Origin: Heterodontus francisci | Lineage: Eukaryota | NCBI RefSeq assembly: GCF_036365525.1 | Contig: NC_090399.1 | Location: 20,222,529-20,286,528, forward strand | Length of the DNA stretch: 64,000 nucleotides | Direction of reading: 5' to 3' | Part shown: one piece after another, positions 50,386-61,879 of the stretch | Layout of the letters: each line of letters opens with the position of its first letter | How positions within the stretch are numbered: the stretch's first letter is position 1 | The notes under the pieces: model-generated | What the model saw: the letters and a program-made list of their open reading frames with translations, nothing else | Database searches by the model: none | What the model was told of the DNA's origin: nothing | Made by a program: the position numbers and the translations under genes

Positions 50386-53300
50386 ACAGACTGGTGTACG
50401 TCAAGAATATCAATGTGATACCAAGAAACAACTGAAGACACTGGATGCTGCAAAGGCAATGGACCTTGACAACGTTCCGGCAATAGTACTGAAGACCAGT
50501 ACCTGATATGAAATGTGACCCGTGGTAAGATGGAATTTCTTCTGGAAATCGGTTTTGCAGGATGAATTTCCTGGAATATTTCCAGAATGTGTTGTGACAA
50601 GGTCCCAGGCTCATAAGGTTAAACAAGATGAGATGGATTCAGATGTTTTCGAGGACAATTCTGATGTTTGGTTGGCTGAAATATTTTTCAGGGATTTGGA
50701 TGAGGACATTGGTGTTAAAGGCTCCAAGGTTAACAATGGGGAATTGTTTAGCAGATCTCCCGTGATTTTGGGATACAACAGGCAGATCCTGATTTTAGGA
50801 GCTTGTCTCAGGCGACCTGTTTTGAGCCACAGACTGAAAAGTTTTATTAGTGTTATTACGTCAAGAAAGAAGAGGAAGTGGAGACCTCTCCGCTGATGAG
50901 GATTGGACTGTAATCCATCAAATGGTTGTCCCTCCTTGCTATCATAGTGTAATTTAGAGAATTGCCAATGAAATCCCAGTCACAGGTCATTTGTGTTTTC
51001 CAAAAACTCAGGTTAGGGTAATGACATATTGTTACTAGCAAAGCTGCATCAGGATGTGGTTCACTATTGTAAGACATGCCACACATGTCAAATGGTTGGG
51101 ATCCACAGCCTATATCTTTTCCTTTGCCACCTATCTCAATAAAAGCAGATTTCCTTTCATTATCAAAAGTCTTTTCTTTCCAATTTCTCTGAAAGTTTCC
51201 AAATTGAGGCCTGTGACAACTGCTTTGTGAATCAATTCATAATCATGTGCTACTACTGCGGCTTCCTTTATTTTACAAACTTCATTTTTTAAAATTTGTT
51301 TGTGGGATGTGGGCGTTGCTGGCTAGGCCAGCATTTATTGCCCATCCCTAAATGCCTTTGAACTGAGTGGCTTGCGAGGCCATTTCAAAATGCTTTTTTG
51401 TGTCTGGAGTCAGATGGAGGTCAGACCACGTAAGGATGGCAGATTTCCTTCCGAAAAGGACATTAGTTAAACAGATGGGTTTTTATAACAACTGACAAAG
51501 ATTTCATGGTCACCATTAAACTAGCTTTTTAATTCCAGAATTGTGAAGAAAATTCAAACTTCACCTTCACCTATGGTGGGATTCGATACCATGTCCCCAG
51601 ATTTTTAGTTTGTGCTCTGGAATACTAGTTTAATGACATTAACACTCTGCCGCGAACTCCCCCATGTTGTTTCATTTGGAAACTTATTCCTGAACGAATA
51701 ATATGTTTCAAATCTTCCATCAGAATTACTTCCCTCAGGCTCTCAAAGTCTTGTGCAATCTTTATTGACCTACACCACCTATCAAATTCAATCGTGTCTT
51801 TCAAAAGGAAATAGGATAAATACTTGAAGGGAAAAGAAATGCGAGTAGACGGGGAAAGGACCGGATGTGGGACTGGATAAATTGCTCTTGCAGAGAGTAG
51901 GCACGGGCTTGATGGGCCGAATCACCTCCTTCACGAGGAGTGAGAGCGCCCATTAAGGCCCGATCACTCACTAATCGAGGAAGAGGTCTTGCAAATAAAG
52001 ATGAGTGTTGAGGCTGGAGGACACATCCTGCAGGTTTCTTGTCTAATTAATAGTGTGCCTGTTCTGAACGAAATCTCACACTGACACACAATGCATAGGA
52101 AAATTCAGCTGCTTTCAGCTGACGCTCATCAGTCTTTGCTTGACCTCAGTCCTAAATACTAATTCTTGACCTTCTGTTCTATTTCAGGGCAATGGAATGT
52201 GCCCAGAACCTGAGGTGTGGGAAATGGGTTGCACTTGTGATCATGCGGAAGCACCCACGCTTACTTCCGCAAGCATCAGCTCAGAGACTTGCATTGCCAG
52301 TACTTTAGTTGGTATGCAAGATGGTTATGGACTGTTCGACTCAAGGAGCAGCAGAGAATGGAAAATGGGTAGCGGGATAGGATGGTTAGTAAGGGGCTTT
52401 CTGTAGGAAGAGCTAACATCTTAAAGAGCACAACTGAAGATTTCGAGGACACAGTCAACATTCAAAAACTGATTCCTATTTACCAGGGATTTTTCAGTGC
52501 ATTGGGCAGCCTGCCTGCGATTCGACACACAATGACAGAGAGCATGGAAAAATCCAGCTCCAGCTGTTGGAGAGGCGGTGAGGGGGTGGGGGTGTTGGGG
52601 GTGTGTGTGTTTGTGAGGGGTGGGGTGGGCGTGTGTATGGATCATTCAGAACGGTTTTAACACCTTAATGTCGAGAATGGAGTGAGACAATTGAAGTCAA
52701 CGGAACTGAGTATTGGATGGTGCGCATAAAGGGCAGTCGATTCCATGCCACCCACATTGCTTTCATGCCGAATGCAAACTATTATCCTGTAGATTTTTAG
52801 ACTGCTTTAGGGAAATAGCAGATCCACCTTGTATTCCTGCTGATTTATATTATTCCTTTTTAGTAATGCATCAAAGACAGCCTGCGCCACAAATAAACTG
52901 CTTCAGACAGTACAGACATCAACAACGACCTGCGAGGCAGAAACCAGGCAGAACCACTTTTGCTGCCTTTTCTTCCAGATGCCGATATTCAGTGCTATTG
53001 AAGTCAAGTAGATTGAATATCAGCAGGGGCGTGTAACGAGCCACCAATGCAATGTCACCTGCTTTGTCAATATCCACTCCCGTGTACTTGTATGGCATGT
53101 TTAATGCAGAAAACCATCACAAAGCACTTCAGAGAGGCCGAATCAAATAATAATAGATATTGAACCAAGAGTAATTCTGAGAATAGGATTGGTCAAAAAG
53201 GTGGGTGTTAGGGACTGTCTTAAAGCAGTTGAGGGAGAGTAAGGTGGAGCGGTTTAGAGCAGCAATTCCACAGAGCGGGAGTCTGTGGCTCCAGGTTTGA

Positions 53301-53922
53301 GAGCAAGAGGGGATCGAATGGGGAGTCTTTGCTGTAGAGGTCGTAATTGAAGAGGGAGGACAGTTGGGAAGTTAGGCATGGAGCAGGTCACAGGGATAGA
53401 AAGAGAGAATAGGCGGAAGTTCAGGGAGGGTGGCTAATTCGAACCTGGACAGGAATAATCGGCGTAGCTTTGACGTTAGACCATTGTGTAAAACCTGTGG
53501 TATGGAGTGCACCAGTCGGGAAGAAGCTCTCCTGATTTTTATTTCCAACAAAGTCGAAATTACCCCACTTAGCTCAGCTTGTGTCAAAGGCATGAACCAG
53601 GGTTTGAACGTCTGATGCATTGACGAAAAGCTGGAGTTCGACAACATTAAGACGGTGAAACTTGTCGGTCTATATCCACTTCTCGGTTCAACCTAAACCC
53701 AATGTCCCATTAATGCTGAGCTGCTGCGATCAAAATGCAGCAACGGAGCAAGAGTCTCAGAGGCGAGGATTTTTTCAGTCTGAGATTGCACACTGTTTTT
53801 AATTCTCTGGGGATCGGGGAGTTCACGTTAATTGCTGGTTTATGAAGAGATGTAGTAACTTGTTTGTTTGAAAGCATCTAGCTAATGACACCGGTTCTGT
53901 GACCTCACTCTCTCACTGGACG

Positions 53923-53940
53923 ATTGGCTCGTGTATAAAT
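53923..53940 (+). promoter_or_regulatory. Putative CCAAT plus TATA promoter of GPCR copy 3
   Basis: ATTGG at 53923-53927 and TATAAAT at 53934-53940; ATG at 53994. Confidence 0.55.
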
Positions 53941-53993
53941 GAGGTTGTTTCAGTGCATTGCCTCGTATCAACCGCTCCTGGTTTTCGGAGAAA

Positions 53994-54057
53994 ATGGGAC
54001 GACAGGCACTTCCGATAGAAATGTTGTATCCGATTCTCGCAGTTATTGGCATTCCTG
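53994..54057 (+). CDS. GPR139-like GPCR copy 3, exon 1 (MGRQALPIEMLYPILAVIGIP)
   Basis: ATG in Kozak context, GTAAGT donor at 54058. Confidence 0.9.
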
Positions 54058-56135
54058 GTAAGTAATTCGAAACTATCCTGAAACATTTAGTGCACCATTG
54101 CTAAACTGCATTATTATTTTCCCTGCGTGTTTTTGTTATTGTCGTTGTTGCCTTTGTGGCGGTAATTTGCATTGGCCAGGTGGTAAGGACGATCAATAGA
54201 ATGCTCGCCCATTGATGAGCTCGTCCGATTTTCGTTCCCTTTGATGTTTATGTTAATGGCTCAGTCCGGTTCTATATCACTGGGCGGGCAGTCAATCCCT
54301 CCGCATTACAAAGTGAAAATGGACCCTGTGTCATTTGTACTGAGCTGTGGCTCTGTCGGTCGAAATCTCTGTTTAGAGTCGGATAATCTTGCGTTTCCCT
54401 CCCATTTCAGTGAGTTGAGTTCATACTGTAAGCCGACATTTCGATGCAATATTGATGAAGTGATACGATATTGTCGAATTATAGAATTGTTACTGCACAG
54501 AAGGAAACCATTCATCACGTCGTGTCCATGCCAGTTCTCAGCGAGTGCAGCACAGCTCATCCCTTTCCCCTGTCTTTCCCCCCGAGCCCAGCATTTTTCT
54601 CTTCAGATAAATATTCAATTCCCTTTTGAAAGCCACAATTCAATCTGCCTTCACCACACTCTCAGGCAGTGGATTCCAGATACGAACCATTCACTGCGGA
54701 AGATAACTTTTCCTCCCCTTTGATTCTTTCACCAAACGCCTTAAATCGGTGTCCTCTGAAATTCGACCCTCCCGCCAATGGGAACAGTTTCTCTCTATCT
54801 ATTCTATCCAGTCCCCTCATGATTTTGAATACCTCTCAATATTGCAACTCTCAAATCTCCTCTCAATTATCTCTTCTTTGAGCAGAATAGTCCCAACAGA
54901 GCAGTAAATGAAGTCCCTCATCCCCAGACCATTTTGTAAATATTTTCTGCACTCTCTTCAATGCTTTCACGTCCTTCCTAAAGTGTGGTGCCCAGAATTG
55001 TATAGAATACTCCAGCTGAGGCCGAGCCAGTGTTTTATAATGGCCCGATATAACTTCCTTGCTTTTCTACTCTCTGCCACGATCTATAAAGCCCAGGATC
55101 CGTATTCCTTATTAACCAATTTCTCAACCTGCCCGATCACCTTCAACGATTTGTGCTCATACACCCGTCCCCCACATCCCCGCCAGAACCTTCTGCTCCT
55201 GAACCTTCTTTAGAATTGTTTATCCATTATTTTATATTGCCTTTCCTCATTCTTAAAATCATCTTTTTATGAGACGTTAAAAAGTAACTGATTTAATTTT
55301 AATAAAAATGCAGTACTGGTTCAGCTGGATACAATCGTCATACTGCTAAATGTTGAATTAAATCTCGAACTATTCACGTATGGGGTAATTTTCACTTTGT
55401 ATTAACATCAATGTGCAAGAAAGACGGAAGGGCTGTAAAATACGGGGCCCATTTGATATCAATTGCTTTTGTTTTGCTTTGCACGGCAATGAAAGTTAAA
55501 AATGTTCCCAATGTTTCTATTTGCATTGAAAGGGAGATAAAACAGCATTAATCAGTAATAGGCAAGGAATGTTTATATGTTTTAACCTAATCGAACCGTA
55601 AAAAACTGATGGCATTGGATACAACTCTGATTTTACCTGTCGCCCGATTCTCTTCTCCATTGAAGTCACTGTGAACAACATTGGGCGGAACGAGCATCCC
55701 ATAGAATCCGTCAGCATCCGGCCCAGCAAGTTACTTCCAAATGGCTCCCATTAATGGTTTCATATTAGAATATCATGAAGTTACCGCAGGGAAAAAATGT
55801 CTGGCAAGAAGATGGGGAAGTTTGCAGCAGCTGCTACGTGACAATTTATTCCAATCCAGGTTAACTGTTAGCTATATTGTGCAATGGGTAATATTGAATT
55901 CTCCGCCCCTTGTACATTCAGCCTGTTACTCTCTTCCAATGACTTCCATGGAAAAAAATGGATGGCCAATTAGATACCGCTATTTGACCCGGTCACACAT
56001 GGTTAAAATTACCCCCGGTTCCTCCACCCCACAACTCTCAGCCTTATGATGCTTAACACCAGATTTCCAACTTGCTGTCAGTGTACATCTCTGTTCAATG
56101 TTTTGTTAAATTTCCTGTTTTTGCATTTCTCCCAG

Positions 56136-57034
56136 CGAACCTGCTGTCAGTTTTGGTTCTTTTCCAAAGGAAATGCGGTCTTTCCAAAGGAATCACTCGT
56201 TATATGATGGCCATGGCCGTGGGAGACCTCATGGTCCTTATCTTTAATGTTATTGTGAACGAAATCATCAAGTATCATTTTCCAGATTCATTGCTGAACT
56301 ACACTTCCGCGTGTCGTTTTACTGTCTTCATGCAAGGGTTTAGCATTCAGCTCTCTATCTGGTTCACAATGTCGTTCACCTTTGACCGTTTTGTCGCAAT
56401 TTGTTGCCAGAAATTGAAATCAAGATATTGCACCGAAAGGACAGCCACCACGGTTATAACGACCATGTGTGTGCTCAACATTTTGAACAATATCCCCATG
56501 CCTTTCCGCTATGAGCCCGATTATACTCTCAACAATATACAGTGGGGCTGCCGCACCGTCACAGGATATTTTACTTCACCCGCATGGAAGATTCACCAAT
56601 GGATTACCATCCTCTCAAGTACATTACTTCCAATTCCTTTGCTGCTGCTGTTGAACTCTCTCACCGTCAGGCACATTTTATTCGCCAGTAGAGCTCGCAA
56701 AGCCCTGAAGAGCAACAACAATGGAAAAACCGGCAGTGATCCCGAGATGAAGAACAGAAGAACATCCATCATTCTACTCTTTGCTATCTCGGGCAGTTTT
56801 ATTGTGTTGTCGGCGCCTATTACCGTAATACACATCTGTGTCGGTGTCACACAGACAGTCGATTTCCAAGGTTCAAACTCACTTTATTTGGCAATTAGAA
56901 TCACATTTCTGTTGATGTGCACCAGCTCCTGTACAAACACTTGTATTTATGCACTGACACAGAGGAGATTCAGAGCGGAGATCAAAAATATGGTGAAATA
57001 TCCGTATTATCTCATTGTTAAATTATTTAAATAA
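56136..57034 (+). CDS. GPR139-like GPCR copy 3, exon 2 (spliced protein 320 aa)
   Basis: TTTCTCCCAG acceptor and an 899-nt open frame. Confidence 0.93.
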
Positions 57035-58518
57035 TTGTTGAATAAAGTAAGTGAAATCAAACTTCAATTAATTGCCTGGCATTTTCTTTGCAACTTTGCA
57101 CAATGTCTTTTAAAGTTCTAAGGGCAACACATCCCACAGTTTGGAAGAGTCCACTTGATTTATAGATTCCAATAAGAATTTGAACAAGTTGAGGAGGCAG
57201 AATCATCCCCTTCAGAATCTCTGGTTACGTTTGTTTATCCGGTTATTAATGTCCACGCACTTTGAATGCCGAATTGGAGGATGATGTGACATCGCAGAGC
57301 GCCTTGACAGGTTCAAATAATAAAGATCTTTCAACACACTGACATCCGAATTTGCAGCAGGAGTAGGCCTGTCATTCCTTCAAGCCTTCTCCACCATTTG
57401 ATAAGATCATGGCAGATCTGGTTATGGCCTCAAATTTCCTGTCTACCTGATGTAACGCTGACTCCCTTATCAATCAGGATTCTATCTAAAACAGCACCTC
57501 AAGAGTCAGATCACCATGAAATACAATGGGATATTGTGTTTGATGGCAGGTGTTATGGAATATAAATATAGAGATTTAGTGGTGAATCTCTCCCAGACTT
57601 TTGTGAGACCAAACCCGCAGTATTTTGTGCTCTTTTGGACACAACACTGTTGGCCAATTTGGATGTAATAGTGAGGACACAGCGTAGTAAACTCACTAGC
57701 AAGATGTCGGACATGAATAAATCCAAATATGAAAAATGAGTTCGTTCTCAATCAGAAGAGAAGAGATTTCAGGCTGAATTAATAGAGATGGTTGCAGTAA
57801 TGAAAGCCTGGAGCAGAATAGATAGATGCAACGATTGATGGGTCTATCAGCAGTGAACATAGATCTTGAGAGTAAATGAAAGAGATTTAGGACAGAGAAC
57901 AGAAGAGACTTTGTGACACCTAGAATTGTGAAGCTGTGACTTGGATTTTTGGAGTTATTGATTGAAGCAGAGACTGTGACAGCTTTAACGGGTTTGATAT
58001 GATGTTTAAAGACCAATGAATAAAGTAATATTGGAGCAGTGCGACCAGATATGATTAAAACTATTGCTTATGTAGATGACAAATACAGACATGGGTTGAT
58101 CTGCCCCAACGACCTGCTTTCGTGTTGCAATTTCTATGAAATTCATTTTTTCGTGTGGTAATTGATTTGCTTTCTTCTGCTGGCAAGACTTCATGTCTGG
58201 CCAATTCCTTGCAGCCCTGAGGATGTGATGGCCAGCCTTCAATTTTACCTGCTGCTCTCCTTCTGATGGTGCAGCAGCGATGATGCCAGGAAGGGAATCC
58301 CAGGATCCAGATACAGCGACCATGAACAAATTGTGACATATGTCTAAGCTAGAATGGTATGTGACTTACAAATGATGATGTTCCAATGACATTTTGTCCC
58401 TGTGCTTCTCGGTGGGAGAGGTTACAGGTGAGGAAGGTCCTGTCGAATTAAACTTGATGGCTTGCTGCAGTGCATCCGATAAACTGTATTTTCAGGAACC
58501 ATCGTGTGTCAGCTGCAG

Positions 58519-61500
58519 AGGGAAGGACACTGAGCTCAGGGACATGGGCACTGATGAAGGGAACTGCTCTGTCCCGTATGAGATCGAGCTTCTTGAGTTA
58601 TATAGTTCCTGCACCCATCCTGTCGATTGGTCTATATTCCCTCACACACCTGACTTGTGGCCTTTACTTGATGTTGAGGATTTGGAACGGGATCGGGGTG
58701 AAGGGAGAGGTGCGAGCGGACGTGTGCCACTCGGAGACGCCATGGTACTGATAGTTAGTTTGTAAAACAATATCAAATTGATGCAGTACGTATTGCTCTT
58801 CTGAGATTTCAACTGAAGAAATGGGTTGCAGCAAAGTAGAGGAAGTTTCTTCAGTCTCCATTTAAGCTGTGCTCCAGCTGACCTCAGCGTGTCTCCACGC
58901 AAAACTGTGAAAATTCTTGGCAATGCTTACAAGCTCAATCAGGCTGATCATGTAAGACATTCTATTCTCTCATTAATAGTGAATCTTTTACAAAGGCAAT
59001 GAATAAAACGGATCTGGTGGCTACCTCAACACGGTGCAGGGTTGGCACCCCAACGTTCTCCCGACGTCGGGTTCCCGACCCCCAGAAGGAAAATCCTTTT
59101 CACCAAAAGGAGGCACGGTTGACTTGGCAACAAGTCCACTGTCACACTGAGGCCCTGTCACTAACTGAAAAACGACAGGTGGGAAACCTTCCAGCGCTCT
59201 CGACAAGTCTTTTCTTTTCCCCTTGCAGAACCTGCGTTTCCAGTTTTTTTTTTTAACTTTCTGTCGTTTGGAAATCCCACAGACGATGTTCTAATCTTCA
59301 TTCTCAATATGGATGGGATAACCAGCGGGATTCCTGCAGAAATAATTTCCCTATCCCTCTCCACGTTATGGCAGGAGATGGGGAGAACCCACCCACAACC
59401 ACATCCTCTCCCACCCATTGGAAATTCCATCCCTCAAAAATATTTCTTCTTTCAGAATATTTCGGAGCTGTGTCATATTGTTCTTGTATTTGACAGAGAG
59501 TTGGACCTTGTGATTGAGAAACTGCAGGTCTGTTTCAGGCCGTTGACCCAATATAAATGGCCTCCTTCATTTTGCAGCACATCTCATGACCTTGGGTTTG
59601 TACTTGCTTTTGGCTTGACCAACTGTTCTCGTTTCGCCCTCGTTCCTGCTCTCGAGCAGTGGCTTTTACTGAATTTTCTTTTCTTCACATAACTCAGATA
59701 TGACATGATCACCCATTTTGCAGCATTATCCAAATTTAAAATTGCACCACCACCACCGCACAACTCCCCTCATCCCTCGCTCAGTTCCAACCCTAGAAGA
59801 AACCATTCTGTCCTTTTTCAGCGTGGTAGCATTCTTGCCTCCTCGTCAGAACGTCACCAGAGACTTAAACGCACAATCTCGGCTGCCGCTCCAGTGAGGG
59901 AGTGCTGCACTGTCGTAGGTGCTATCTTGTGGATGAGACATTAAACCAAGGCCCTGCCTGCCCTCTCAGGTGGACGGAAAAGACGCTGTGTCACTATTTT
60001 AAGGACTTCACCCCTTCCTCGGCTCTTCGGCTGCTGAAACCCTCATCCAGGACTTTGTTACCTCTAGACTTGACTATTCCAATGTTCTTACGACAAGTCT
60101 TCCACATTCTTCCCTCATAAATTTGAGGGCATCCTAAACCTTGCTCCCCACGTCTGAAGACACACCAAGTCCTGTTCACCAACACCCCTGTGTTTGCTGA
60201 CTCATTTTGGCTATCAGTTTAGTAATAAATTGATTTTAAAATTCCCATCCTTGTTTTCAAATGCCACCATGGTCTCACCCCTCCCTACCTCTGTAATCTC
60301 CTACAGCCCCACAACCCTCTGGGATATCTACACTGCCCGACCTGAACCCGATGGGACCTGACATGTGTCTGGTCACTCTTCTGGGCCCGTTTTTCGGGCT
60401 TATGTCGGGTCTGAGTCAGACACACACAGTATTAGTTGGACTTGAAAGGTTGTTTAAAAGGATTAAGATTGGAGCCATGAAGTCAGTGATTGTTTGGTCA
60501 CAAGGTAAACAGAAACCCATGGAGTTGTGCCCATTCAGGTTGTGCCACGCTGTACCAGTATCCGCATTGCTTAAAATAAAGACCTCAATTGCCCGAAGGC
60601 TCAGAAAATATCATTATACATTAACTAGACTCCTGCTTTACAGGTCGAAATACTTGCTGTAAGTTTATCCAGTGAGCAGCTGAGATGCCGAGACCAGGAA
60701 GGTCCTGAGTGATTAATTATTATTCCAGTACTGTACTGTATGTGTGGTGGAATGGAGTCCTGACAGTGATCATTTTATATTTTTTTATATAAATACTGTA
60801 TATTTTATAATAATTAATCTCTCAGGACCTTCCTGGTCTCTGCATCTCAGCTGCTCACTGGATAAACTTGCAGCAAGTATTTCAACTGAAAAAGTGAAAA
60901 ACAGATTCGGAGTTGGAAGGTAGGTAAAATGAGCATTCCGTTGGTCGGGTTGGGTCGGACTCGGGTCGGGTTGGGCATGGGAAAAAATGGAAGGACTCAG
61001 ACCAGGTTGGGCTCGGGTATGATGTGGTTCTGTTGTTTTTTTTTTCAGACCCGAGCAGGCCTTTCATCTACGCTTCTCTGATTCTGGCCTCGTGAGCTCC
61101 AACATTGGTGGCTGTGACTTCAGGTGCCTAGCCCCAAGCTCTGGAATTCCCTCACTCAACCTCTCCACTTCTCTCTCCTCCTTAAAGAAATTCATTAAAA
61201 ACCTACCACTCTGACCAAGCTTCTGGTCATCAGCTGTAATATCATCTTATGTCACTTGGTCAAAGTTTGCTTATAATGCTCTTGTGAAGTGCCTTGTGAT
61301 GTTATATTACATTAAAGGTGCAATATAAATGCAAGTTGTTTTTGTTGTTGTTGAAGAAGACTGGGGGTGTTCTCCCCAACTTCACTAAAACAGATGATAT
61401 AGTCGTTTATCTCATTGCTGTTTGTGGGAGTTTGCTGCTGTGTGGAAACTGGATGCTGCATTGTCTACATTTCAAGAGTGACTGCATTTCAAAAAGGAGT

Positions 61501-61780
61501 CGAATTGGCTGTGATGCACTTTTGGATGTCCTGGGGTGGTGAAAGGTGATTTATAAATGGAAATCTTTCAGGTCTTGCTTTACTGAAGACCAGCGTGGTC
61601 TGAAATGCTCAGTCAGATGACTGTGCATACAACCGAACAATTCAAAGGTCAGGTGCATCAGAAGGGAAAAACTCAGGTAGCAGAGACACTGAGAGATATA
61701 TGAAGCAGGAAAACAAATTTGAATCAAAACAGTTGTTGCAAAGGAAAGTGTTTAACCTCACTTCAAAATAGAAATAATAA
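58519..61780 (+). repeat. Partial duplication unit 4 (first ~3.27 kb; includes the MITE at 60334-61065)
   Basis: Collinear with 1 to about 3270, after which homology breaks. Confidence 0.93.
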
Positions 61781-61879
61781 TAATAAAGAAGGTAAGGGGG
61801 GAATAGTAACTGCAGTGAGAAAGGGACACCAGCAGATGGCGATGCTGTGCCATTGCTGATGGGAGGGTTCGGTTTTCCA

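Larger units (their letters stand above)
37609..58518 (+). repeat. Tandem duplication unit 3 (20,910 bp; carries the CR1)
   Basis: Collinear with unit 1. Confidence 0.97.

Noticed and set aside
1-58518. Units as a purely artefactual assembly duplication
   Set aside because: The units differ by many substitutions, indels and a 3.9-kb insertion with a clean empty site. Read-depth confirmation is still advisable.
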